Source: Macrostomum lignano
Taxonomy: Eukaryota
Assembly (NCBI GenBank): GCA_002269645.1
Contig: NIVC01004038.1
Coordinates: 1 to 63,369 of the forward strand
Reading direction: 5' to 3'
DNA: 63,369 nucleotides
Of this stretch, positions 10,853 through 21,103 are shown piece after piece (the stretch's first letter is position 1; the number at the start of each line of letters is the position of its first letter). The translations under genes were made by a program, and so were the position numbers. The notes beneath the pieces are model-generated. The model was not told where the DNA came from, did not search any database, and saw nothing but the letters and a program-made list of their open reading frames with translations.

Positions 10853-13825
10853 CTAGCCCCTGTCAACATGGCGAGAGATCTCAGCGAAAGGCTCAGAGGG
10901 GTTGTACTTAAGTTGCTGTCCTGGAGTTGCGTGGCGGGCCGTCATCGGAAGGGCTGCTGGTGCGGTGGCCTTTGAATCTTGGTCCGTGGGCGTCTCCAGA
11001 TTCCGAGACCGGAAGTCTTGGGCGTCGTCAAGGAGGTCTGCTTCAGCGGTGGCCTCGGGGACTTCGTCCAGATTGGTCTCCAGATAGCGGCAGGCGGCGT
11101 GGGCGTCGCGGCAGAGGGCTGTTGTCGCAGCGGCCTCTGGGTTGTCTTCCAGGCCGATCTCCAGGCGTTGACTGCATCGGTGGGCGTCGTGCTGGAAGGC
11201 TGCTGGTGCGGTGGCTTCCAGGTCTTCGTCCAGGTCAGTCTCGGCCTCCAAGTTGCGAGAATGGACAGTTTTCGGGAGGGCTGCTCCGGCAGTGGCCTCG
11301 GGAATCGCGTCCAAGTCCGGTTCCAGGTCATGGTCGTCACCGGGTCGGGCTGCAGAACCGGGTTGCTCTAGCAGTCGGCCATGGTCGAAGAAGATCGGCG
11401 GGCCCTCCGGTCTTCTTGACAGGGCATCAGCGTTGGCGTGGTCCTTGCCTTTGCGGTGGTTGAGCTTGAAGCGGAACTCGCTTAGGCGTTCGATCCAGCG
11501 GCCTAAAATACCTGTGGCCTGAGTTTGGTTCAGTAACCACACTAAGGCCCGATGATCGGATCGAACTTCAAACTTCTTGCCGATTAAGTAATGACGGAAA
11601 TGTCGCATAGCGTCCACAATTGCAAGCAGCTCTTTCTTCGTGACCGTGTAGCGCTTCTCAGGATCGCGAAGTTTACGGCTAAAGAATGCAATTGGACGTT
11701 CGACGCCGTCGGATTGCAGTTGTCCAAGACAAGCGCCTATTCGAATATCAGAGGCATCCGTGTCGAGGACAAACTTCACTGCAGGATCAGAATTAAACTC
11801 AGGCAGAGCGAGAACTTCAGTAGAACATAATTTCTTCTTCAGAGTGTCGAACGCGTGCTGATGCTCGGGAGTCCAGTGCTGCCGCAGGCTGCCAATGTCC
11901 TTTCGCGTCAGGGCATGCAGCGGCGCAGCTACTCCAGCGTAGCCGTCGACAAACTTGTGGTAGTAATTGGCGAGGCCTAGAAATTGTCTCAGTTGAGTAA
12001 CGGACTGTGGCACGGGCCAATCATGGATCTGCGCAATCTTGTCCTCACAGGTCTTCAGGCCGTCGGGAGTCACGACGTGACCTAAATAATGCAGCTCCTT
12101 GAGGAACAAATGACACTTCTTCGGTTTCACTTTGAGGTTGGCTGCGATGATGCGCTGGAGTACAGTTCGCAAGTTATCCAGCTGTTCCTCGAAAGTCACT
12201 GAGTGCACCACAATGTCGTCCATGTAGCCAAGCGCAGTCTTTGGCGTCAGGCCGTTCAGGAGCTTATTGATGCAACGCTGAAAGCTGCCGGGACTATCGT
12301 GGAGACCCATCGGTAGAACGTTAAAACAGAATTGGCCGCGATCGATTACTGAGAACGCCGTCAAGTGCTGGTCGCAGTCACGCAGCGGGATCTGCCAGAA
12401 TTCTTGAGCAAGGTCCAAGCTGGAATACCACTGAGCACCACGAAGCTTCGCGAAGGTTTCCTGGATGTGCGGCAGTGGATACGGGTGATACACACACCTG
12501 TCGTTGAGAGCTCTGAAGTCGTGGACTAGTCGGATGTTGCCGTCCTTCTTGGGCACGATGAGCATTGGCGAATTGTAGCTCGAGTAGGCAGGGCGAATGA
12601 TGTGCTTCGCCAGCATCTCGTCTAGCAGGGCGTCGAGCTTGTCCTTCAGATGAGGCGGGATTCGGCGCGGTGGAAGCGCAACTGGTGTCCGGTCCTTCAG
12701 GATGATCTCATGGGTCACCAGATGAGTCAGGCCGGCGTCTAGCGAGTGCTTGGAGAAGGCCGCTTGACATTCGACTAGTAGATCTCGCACTCTTTGATGT
12801 TGTTCTTTGGACAATTCGCTGTTGATCTCGACTTCATCTAGCCATGCTGAGCTGGACTTTTCAGAGTTCTTCGGGAGATGTCGCACTTCAGGTTCTGGCG
12901 TCTCGCTCAAGTACATCAGGTCGGCAGTTCGGAGTGGCGTCGCAACACCAACACGGATACCGGCTTGCAGAAACACTTCGCTGTCGGCGGTGTTGACGAC
13001 CTCAATGTAGCCGCGACCTTCAGGCATCGTCATCAGAGCAGGTGCTGCTTCCAGAGCGTTGCAGCTGGGATGCAGCCTCGACTTAACCAGCTCGACAATT
13101 GATGGCGATCCTCGATTCTCAGGGTGGCTGTCATCCAGTCTGACGGCAAGCAGCGCTGAACTTCTAGGCGGCAGGGTGCACTTCTCGGAGGTGTACACTC
13201 GGCAGTTCTGAAGCTCACGACGCGAATAGCGAACAGGGATGCACGTGCCATTGTTGAACTTCAACATTCCTTCAGCGAAGTCCAAGTTCTGGCAGTGCTC
13301 TCGCATAAACGATACGCCAAGCAAATTTTCACAATCGGAGACCGTGACGAGGAATTCGGTGTCCGCGACGACATCACCGAACTCCACCGGGATGGTCACC
13401 TTACAAGCAAGAGAGAGCTGCGTCCAATCATACATAGTTACGCAATCGGGAATAGCATGCGATATAATACAACGAGGCATCCGACGTCTAATAGCGGCCC
13501 AGGTTGACGAACCGAGGAAGTTTTTCCGGCTGCCGCTGTCTAGCAAGAAAGGGACCTCTCGACTCGCAACTCGACCTGTGACGTACGGATCGGCCTCACG
13601 CGCATGGATTTTTTGATTCGGGGAGGTGTCCACGAAACCTCCGCACTCAGCGTCGCTTACTGACGAGCGACTGTCGGACTGGGCATTGGCGCCTGCGCAG
13701 CCGACATCCTCTTCTTCTCGCGACCGTTCTGAATCTGCCAAGTAGCCTGGGCTTGGACCTCGTGGAGGGCGGTGCCGTTGTCGCTCTCCGCCTGGCCGCT
13801 TCCCTGGTTCTGGCGCATGGGGCAC
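10853..13825 (-). CDS. pol: Gypsy pol: aspartic protease, reverse transcriptase, RNase H, then a repetitive linker
   Basis: LLDSGS protease motif; RT motifs LDL and YMDD; RNase H LDTDASD...ELLAIV...SDH...HANADALSR; lies in the -1 frame relative to gag. Confidence 0.96.
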   Translation of the reverse strand: MPHAPEPGKRPGGERQRHRPPRGPSPGYLADSERSREEEDVGCAGANAQSDSRSSVSDAECGGFVDTSPNQKIHAREADPYVTGRVASREVPFLLDSGSRKNFLGSSTWAAIRRRMPRCIISHAIPDCVTMYDWTQLSLACKVTIPVEFGDVVADTEFLVTVSDCENLLGVSFMREHCQNLDFAEGMLKFNNGTCIPVRYSRRELQNCRVYTSEKCTLPPRSSALLAVRLDDSHPENRGSPSIVELVKSRLHPSCNALEAAPALMTMPEGRGYIEVVNTADSEVFLQAGIRVGVATPLRTADLMYLSETPEPEVRHLPKNSEKSSSAWLDEVEINSELSKEQHQRVRDLLVECQAAFSKHSLDAGLTHLVTHEIILKDRTPVALPPRRIPPHLKDKLDALLDEMLAKHIIRPAYSSYNSPMLIVPKKDGNIRLVHDFRALNDRCVYHPYPLPHIQETFAKLRGAQWYSSLDLAQEFWQIPLRDCDQHLTAFSVIDRGQFCFNVLPMGLHDSPGSFQRCINKLLNGLTPKTALGYMDDIVVHSVTFEEQLDNLRTVLQRIIAANLKVKPKKCHLFLKELHYLGHVVTPDGLKTCEDKIAQIHDWPVPQSVTQLRQFLGLANYYHKFVDGYAGVAAPLHALTRKDIGSLRQHWTPEHQHAFDTLKKKLCSTEVLALPEFNSDPAVKFVLDTDASDIRIGACLGQLQSDGVERPIAFFSRKLRDPEKRYTVTKKELLAIVDAMRHFRHYLIGKKFEVRSDHRALVWLLNQTQATGILGRWIERLSEFRFKLNHRKGKDHANADALSRRPEGPPIFFDHGRLLEQPGSAARPGDDHDLEPDLDAIPEATAGAALPKTVHSRNLEAETDLDEDLEATAPAAFQHDAHRCSQRLEIGLEDNPEAAATTALCRDAHAACRYLETNLDEVPEATAEADLLDDAQDFRSRNLETPTDQDSKATAPAALPMTARHATPGQQLKYNPSEPFAEISRHVDRG

Positions 13826-14829
13826 TGGGTGTTGCGATGACCGGGCTGTCCGCAGCTATAGCAGATTATAGCTCTCTTTGGCGGGCTGGCTACCTGCTGT
13901 TGGTCACGTTGCACCAGGTGATCCAGCATTCGCTGCTGCTTCTCAATCAAGTCGGTTAGAGTCAGCAAGGCTTGGGCGGTGACGTCGGGTTTCGGGTCGC
14001 CGTCCTCCTCCCCGTCCAACATCCTAACCGGGGGTTGAGCGGATCGCTGTGCCAATTCTTTAGCGCCTTCTAGTCGTCGTAGTTCTCGAATCGCAGCTAG
14101 AAGATTGTTCGGGCGAACCCAGTACAGCCGTTCTCGCAAGTCTGGCGTTGTCCGGATACCAGCGAGAAATTGATCCGCAATCTCCTTCTCGCGGTCTTCA
14201 GGGTGCATCCGAGGATACGCACGTTCACCCAGAGTTCTCAGGGCGTCAGCAAACTCTTCTGCTGACTCATTCTTGCCTTGTTGACGACGCCTCAACAGCT
14301 CTCTGTACTCATCAGCACCACCATGACGGGCAAATCGCTTAATCAGACGCTGCTTGACCTCCTCGTAGCTGGCGAAACGCGGAAGATTCATACTAAGCAA
14401 AGAAGGATATGCAGTAGCCAAATCAAGACTCGCGATGAGGTGTTGCTTCATCTCGAACGGGTCGACGATGCGCTCCATCTCGCAACGCTGCTCGAACGCG
14501 GCAAGCCAGACATGAATGTCCTGACTTGGAGTAAATTTCACAATTTTAACTTGTTTACTCACGGGCCGCTCCATCTGCTGCTGCAGAGCTGCCATCATGG
14601 TCCTCACGTCCTGGTGCATGATGTTCCGGCCGATGTTGTCCAGGCCTTGCAGAAGCTCGTCTGGCGGGTCATCGGACACGTCGCTTCTGGCACCTCGCCT
14701 CGGCGTCGGCTGCTGACCAAAGTCGTTGATCGCTGCTGCTGCTGCGGCGTCCGCTGCCGCAGGCCTCGAACTGCTGATGTGCTGATCCAGCCTGCTGCTG
14801 CACCGGCTCTCGTCTCGTTCGTTGAACAT
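13657..14829 (-). CDS. gag: Gypsy Gag (390 aa) with CCHC zinc knuckle
   Basis: CYSCGQPGHRNTQC knuckle; capsid-like QGKNESAEEFADALR segment; located immediately downstream of the PBS. Confidence 0.93.
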   Translation of the reverse strand: MFNERDESRCSSRLDQHISSSRPAAADAAAAAAINDFGQQPTPRRGARSDVSDDPPDELLQGLDNIGRNIMHQDVRTMMAALQQQMERPVSKQVKIVKFTPSQDIHVWLAAFEQRCEMERIVDPFEMKQHLIASLDLATAYPSLLSMNLPRFASYEEVKQRLIKRFARHGGADEYRELLRRRQQGKNESAEEFADALRTLGERAYPRMHPEDREKEIADQFLAGIRTTPDLRERLYWVRPNNLLAAIRELRRLEGAKELAQRSAQPPVRMLDGEEDGDPKPDVTAQALLTLTDLIEKQQRMLDHLVQRDQQQVASPPKRAIICYSCGQPGHRNTQCPMRQNQGSGQAESDNGTALHEVQAQATWQIQNGREKKRMSAAQAPMPSPTVARQ

Positions 14830-14903
14830 GTTGAACTCGTCGTAGTCGCTGGCCGATGTCGTTCTTGAAAGAGCGGGTTGGCTTGGGTGTGTCGTAGTCG
14901 GAT

Positions 14904-14921
14904 CTCACCGCTGCGTCACCA
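14904..14921 (-). promoter_or_regulatory. Primer-binding site TGGTGACGCAGCGGTGAG (tRNA-Leu-like, with a 2-nt bulge)
   Basis: Begins TGG one nt after the CA end of the 5' LTR; matches the recalled metazoan tRNA-Leu 3' end apart from a 2-nt insertion and one mismatch. Confidence 0.75.
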
Positions 14922-14922
14922 G

Positions 14923-15965
14923 TGAAATAGTTTGGGTTTTCTCGGGGTGGCCTGGTAGGTCTTTGAATCCCACCGCTGCCACCAGTGAAGTACAGTGGGT
15001 TTTCTTCCCGGTTTAGGCCCTTGCGGATTACCTTATGACTCGAGCCTCTTCAGTGGGAAGTTCTCTCAACTCTCAGTAGCGTAGGTAGTGCTGCCACCAG
15101 TTCCTTCAGGTCTCGGCCTTCGATGAGGTGAGCTTCCCGTCGGAACGAAATAAACAAGTCAACGAACTCAGCACAGCGTGCAGATTTGCAGATTAATGAA
15201 CAAGGCGTCCTGATCAGCAGATCCCCGCCGGGCTCAGGGGTTGCTGGGAAGGCAGTGTTAGCCTCCCTTAGGCTTGGGCTTTAGTGGGGTCTCAGCCAGA
15301 CCAGTACAAACGGATTCAGTACGCAAAGGGCACTTAGTTAGACACTGACGCACACGGGATCTTAGTGAATTCTCCGCAGATAAGAAGCCAACTCCTTGAC
15401 GGAAACAAGGGGAGAGGGGTCCTATTTATAGCCGGGAAACACCCACGCACAAGACCTCGTGACTTGTTCTATTTTTAGAACTGACGTCACTTGAGATCTC
15501 GAGGCAGGGTCTCAGTGCGCGCAAGACCTCGTGACTCGTTCTATTTTTAGAACTGACGTCACTTGAGGTCTCCGGCAAGAGTACACGCGGCTGTGACTCA
15601 GTTGCTATTTTTAGCAACATGAGTCACTCCTCTCCTTAGAGAAGGGAGGGGTCCGAAAGCACGTGATTCTCCCGGTAAACAGGGCCAACGAGTGCAGTAA
15701 ACATGTTTACTGCACTTTAGGACTCGAAGAACGCAGAGTCTGTCATGTGACTTGCTCACATGACAGAGGAAAACGGGACGGGAACGAAACAGAGACAGCC
15801 CACAGCAGAGAAGCTGAGGGCTGAGAACAGAGACGCAGAAGGGCAGAACAGGCCAAGGGCAGCAACAGACGGGCCAAGGGGGGTGGGAAGCTGACCAGCG
15901 GCAGACAGTAACCCAGGGCGAGGGCGAGGGAGACTGCTGACAAAGTGGGACGCCTAACATCAACT
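14923..15965 (-). repeat. 5' LTR of the Gypsy element (outer 14 bp missing)
   Basis: About 99 percent match to the 3' LTR; TATAAATA at 15423-15430 on the minus strand; lacks the terminal TGTAGTGATCCGCT present in the 3' LTR. Confidence 0.92.
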
Positions 15966-16889
15966 GCAAATTCATTTTTTAATCATTTAATATGCAAAAC
16001 AAAAATTTTCTTGTAAAAAAAATCGCTAGCGATTCGATGGCTATTCGCCAGCGATTATTCGCTGGCGATCACTCGTCACCAAATCGCCACTGAATCGCCA
16101 ACAGTTTTAAAGCAAGAAAAAATGAAATGACCAATTTTTTTTCGTGAACCACATTTGTTTGAAATCCCCAGAGGCAATATTTTGCCAAGAAAAAAAATCG
16201 CCACTAAATCGCGTCCTCGCCGGCGATTCGCCTGCGATTCGCTGGCGCCGTTCCCAGAGGGAAGGAATATAAATTAAATATGAATTGTTTCTACTGGCTT
16301 TTTTTGAACTTTAATCATAAAGACTAGAACTCGTATACCATCTTCTCTTCGGACGCGTAAATTTCAAGCGCAGTAAATCATTTTAAGCTGTTTAGTTGTC
16401 AAGCTTTTGTGACCTCGGAAAGCATTAATCGACCCCTTGCAGTCTATAATCAAAGAGAAGTGCTTAGGTTATTTCAAGCTAATTACGTCTTAAAGCTTTT
16501 CTACGTGAATTACTGCGGTGGTGGCAGCGACCTACTACTTCTGGTACTATATTTAGCGAATTCGTTTATTTTATTAAGTTCTCCGCGGTAGCGACTAATC
16601 TGCAATTGGCATTGAAAGAGACAGCATCAACAAGACAAGACCGCCCGGCTACGACCACAGCTACCCTCTCCCTGAGCCTGAGGAACTTAGCAGCCTGAGC
16701 TCCAATCTGCACCCCGAGTTTGTTTAACTTGTCGAACCGCCGGAAATCCAGCACCGATTTGAACGCGGCAAGAAACAACCCCCGATCCAAATACATAGCT
16801 CTATAATATATTGGCCAAACAGGCTAATTGCCTGAGCCAAATTCTCTTACTACTACTTACTACAATTCTCCGATCGGTCTCCCTAAAAC

Positions 16890-16914
16890 CAAGGACGACT
16901 TAAGTAGAAGGACG
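16890..16914 (+). mobile_element. Lone transposon terminus related to the P-element TIR at 41371
   Basis: CAAGGACGACTTAAGTAGAAGGACG matches CACGGACAACTAGAGTAGAAGGACG at about 20 of 25 positions; no partner end found. Confidence 0.45.
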
Positions 16915-18504
16915 GGAAACCTCGTTTCTTAGAAAAGTTTTGAAGGCACTTTTTCCCGAAAAAATACACTACGGAGATAGGAAGTTTTCATTTTTTCAGC
17001 ACAAAAATTGTTATTGCGTTTGATAGGAGGCAGATCCAGTGTTCATCTTTTGATATGTTGTGCCTTTTTTATTGCTCTATCGATATTTATAAAGCTTTTC
17101 GTTCAGAAAATTAGGATTCTATGTTAATCCTAAGCCATTGCTTACTTTTCTGCTTTTAGACCCCTACTCTCTGGATGGCTAGACAACCAATAATCTCAAG
17201 TTGGATTATGCCATTTGTGGAAGTACAACTAGTTTTAAAGTGGCAATTGACTATAACAAAGAACTTTGCTACTAGTACATATTAACAATAGGATTACCAA
17301 GCCATTTTTCTGCCTGTCAAACTACCAAAAAGTGGAAAAATTTCTCCCTTCCTTGACAATATTTGCTGCACCATACTGGAGCAATGTAGGCACACAAAGA
17401 ACTTAAGCTAACTTTTTGTTGTATACCTTCTCAAACAAGAATCAAGTTGGCGCATTCCATATAAGATGGACATATTTAGAAAATAAAAGTCAATATTTTT
17501 GCTTGTCATTGCCTTATCAGCCAATTTTTTTACTAAATCTTTTTGTATGTAATGTATACAATCTAAGAATAAATAAATGATAAAATGTTGGATTAGTATA
17601 TCATCAATTGGCAAAAAGTTATTTTTGTAAAAAATTGGACATTTTCTAAGCAAAAGACATCATTAAGTTTATGTACCTTTTAAAAACAAATAGAAAGCTT
17701 TAAAAGGTTAAAACAAACTATATATACCTAAAATTATAGTACTTGCATCATCAGATAAAAACATTAGCAACCATATAATCTATTATATTTTTAATATATC
17801 AGTACTTCAAAGTTACTGAATTGACAGAAAAAAATGTTACGACCATAATATTACAACCATAAGGCTGCCTTTTCTTTTGTATCTTTGTTGCCTTTTTGAG
17901 TTTATATATTCTAATAAAAGAGTATGACTTCTAAAGATATTCTTAATCAAATTTAAAAAAACTATTGCAAAATATAAAAAAATGAAAAATGTTATAAGAC
18001 TTTTACCTTTTAGTTTCTATATGTCAAAAATCCTGTTGTTACAACCATAAGTGCCATTCAAGGTTTAATAGCATCTATAAGTAATGATAATATCTATATG
18101 AAACTTTATAAACATATTCTTGACAAAATAATCTTTCATTTAAAATATTGGTTTAGTATATTCTATTTTTAGATTTCATTTTATAAGTAAAAATAGTCTG
18201 TTATATTACAACCATAATTATATGGAATGGCCCAGTTGCCAGCCATCCAGACTGTTAAGATATTCAACAATTCTGCCAAGTCAGATTTTCCTATAAACAT
18301 TAGTACAGTCAATCAATATACCCCAGTGTGCCAATCAGTACTATGCCTCAGTATAGCCTTGCCAAGCCTCCAAATTTTATCAGCACATTGATAATGTGTC
18401 TGCATCAGCATTGACTTTGTTGGTCAGTAGCCTTTAACTAGGTAGAGCTTCTAGACCTTTATAAGATGGTACCAAGTGCCTATAGATACCCTAATTCGAA
18501 TTTC

Positions 18505-19200
18505 TTTAGTTTTGCCAATCAAGCCTTGATAGTGGGCAAACCTCAATTGCTAAGTATCCTCAGCTAGTCTCTTGAGCATGAGCATTCTATCAGTATCCTG
18601 ACACTGTTGGTTCCTTTAATAGATGACACTGGGTGACTATGGACACTGGTAGGAATTTTTCTAGTTTAGCCAATCAAGCCTCAATAGTGGGCAAACATCA
18701 ACTACTAGGTATCCTTAGCTAGTCTTTTGAGCATGAGCATTCCATCATTACCCCAACACTGTTGGTTCCTTTAACAGATAACACCAGGTGACTATGAGTA
18801 CCCTGATACAAATTTCTATAGTTTTGCCAATCAAGCCTTGACAGTGGGCAAGCTTTAACTGTTGGACATCCTCAGCTACAGTGTAGTCTTTCAAGTATTC
18901 TGTCATTACCCCGACATTGTTGGCTCCTTCAACAGATGACACCACGTGACTATGGATACTAGTACAAATTTCTCTAGTTTAGCCAATCAAGTCTCAATAA
19001 TGGGCAAGCCTCAACTGCTGGGTATCCTCAGCTAATCTTTCAAGCATTCCATCATTACCCTGACACTGTTGGCTCCTTCAGCAAATGACATCAGATGACT
19101 ATAAGCACCCTGATGCAAATTTCTATAGTTTTGCCAATCAAGCCTTGACAATAGGCAAGCTTCAACTGTTGGACATCCTTAGCTAGTGTCAAAGCATTCT
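18505..19200. repeat. Degenerate tandem repeat, about 155-bp unit, about 4.5 copies
   Basis: The anchor TTTRGCCAATCAAG/TTTTGCCAATCAAG recurs near 18511, 18665, 18822, 18977 and 19130. Confidence 0.75.
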
Positions 19201-21103
19201 GTCATTAGCCTGATGCTTCCATACCTTCAAGAAGACAAAATTGCATGTTTCTAGCCTTTTTCTTTTATATTTAAAAAAAACAATCAAGCATTTGTTAAGT
19301 GTTGATTTTCAAGTTTTGTTTTATTATTTTTTAAACTGCTTTCCTGTGGCTTTTTTCAATAAGCAAAATGAAGGCCTATAAAATTCATATTATGGTATAG
19401 CTTTAATAAGTTGAAATTTCTGACTTTATAATATTTTTATTGCTATATACAAGTAGAAAAATGAGGCCAACTCCTCTGCTAGAGGAGAAAAGGGAAGAAC
19501 TCCTGTCACTGGAATTCCATTCCTTGAAATCCATCAGCTGAATCCCTTGACTCAAATCCCCTCATTCAATTAATCTCCAAAGAATCTCCAAAAAATCCTT
19601 TCCATAAAATTGAACATCATCAAAATCCTCTCCACAAAATAGAAATCTTTTCCATGAAACTGAAAACCATCAAAAGCCTCACCATCAAATAAAAAACAAC
19701 TCTCTGGACTTGGTGGCTAGGGTTAAGGTTAGAGCTGCTTAGAGCTATGTGTTCAAAGGTGCTGATACTATAAAAATTGAACCAAGTAAAACAATTGGTT
19801 GCACAATCAATTTCTCTGTCTGTCAGTATCAGTCTCAATTAAAGTTAACAAAATGATTGTGCAGTCTAAATCAACCCTCCAATACACAGCAACCAACCCC
19901 CTTCCACTACAGTGGCAATTAAAAATTGAAACCCCCCAACTGGTAGGGGTCAGTTGAAACCCCATTCAATCCCAAAATGTGTACAATCTTTGCAGAAAGT
20001 TAAAAGAATAGAAATTGTTTCTTTGAATGCTGTGCTTTTATTTTTCATACTTAAAGCAAAAAACTTATATTCCCAAACTCACCATTGAAAGATCTTTCTA
20101 GCAATATAAGTCTTTTCTTTGAAAGTTTAAAACTTAAGGAACAGTTTGCATTTGAACTTCCCAGTTTAAAGCATTGAATTTTTTAGTGTATATTCACTGC
20201 TTGCTACAGTGAGAGGCTTGCAAGTTTATGCATTGAATTTTACTGTTCGCCAGTTAGCAAGGGTCCAAGTGTACAAATGCAGCCACTTAAAACTCCCCAA
20301 AACCCATATTGGAGAGAAAATGCACTGCCAAGATAGGAAAAAGTTGTGGTGCAATTGCTCAAAATTGATGCAAATTTTCAGTTCAGAGCAGGAAAAGTGG
20401 CCAAAGAAGGTTAACAAACCAGTTTTCTGCTTTTTAACAGACTTAATTTAAAAAAATTCAACATTAAAATAGCCTATTTGTTGCATAGAAAAATTCTGCA
20501 TTGATATATATAAGTCCCGCATTTGAGTTGGCAGCCGTCTAAGAGGACATATGCGTTAAACCTGGTCAATCGACCAGTCTACTCAGCTTTAGATATAAAG
20601 AGAAAAACTCAATTAATATAGCATGATCACAGCTATATTGCTCATTTCAAGACTTTAAACTTTCACTTTGTCTATTTTTTACTCAAATAATATCAAAAAT
20701 AAGTCTAGATATTTTGTCTTTAAAGTGGAACAGTTTATTGAATCCCTTGTGTTATTTTTGTTTTGGGCCAAAGCTCTTGCCAATGTATGAATTTGTATAA
20801 ACACTAATTTCATTTTTCAACTGGTAGTATTGCCTAGTTTTGAATTTTTAAATCTCAGTTGGGATGCCATTTGTTTAGTTTTAAGGACTTATTGATGAGT
20901 AAAATGAAAAATATAAAAATCTGTATCAGATCTTTAAACTTATAAAATAAAAAATAGACTAATAATCTTCATAATAGTTTTTTTAAATGTTGAGTTGAGT
21001 GTTCCTTTTTCTTTGCCAATATGTTCTAATAGCCTTCCTCAAAATTGCTGGGGTGGGCTATTACTCGTACATTTGAATTCTGACTTTTCTGTTACCTAGA
21101 GCT

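Larger units (their letters stand above)
6118..15965 (-). mobile_element. Ty3/Gypsy LTR retrotransposon, near full length (gag, PR-RT-RH, IN; no env)
   Basis: Two about 1.04-kb LTRs with about 8 differences by my count; PBS; PPT; PR-RT-RH-IN domain order. Confidence 0.97.

Noticed and set aside
8562-14868. Many plus-strand ORFs (up to 196 aa) over the Gypsy interior
   Set aside because: Antisense shadows of GC-rich gag/pol coding sequence with no recognisable domains.
16566-16796. 76-aa minus-strand ORF
   Set aside because: No recognisable motif or splice context; cannot be supported as a gene.
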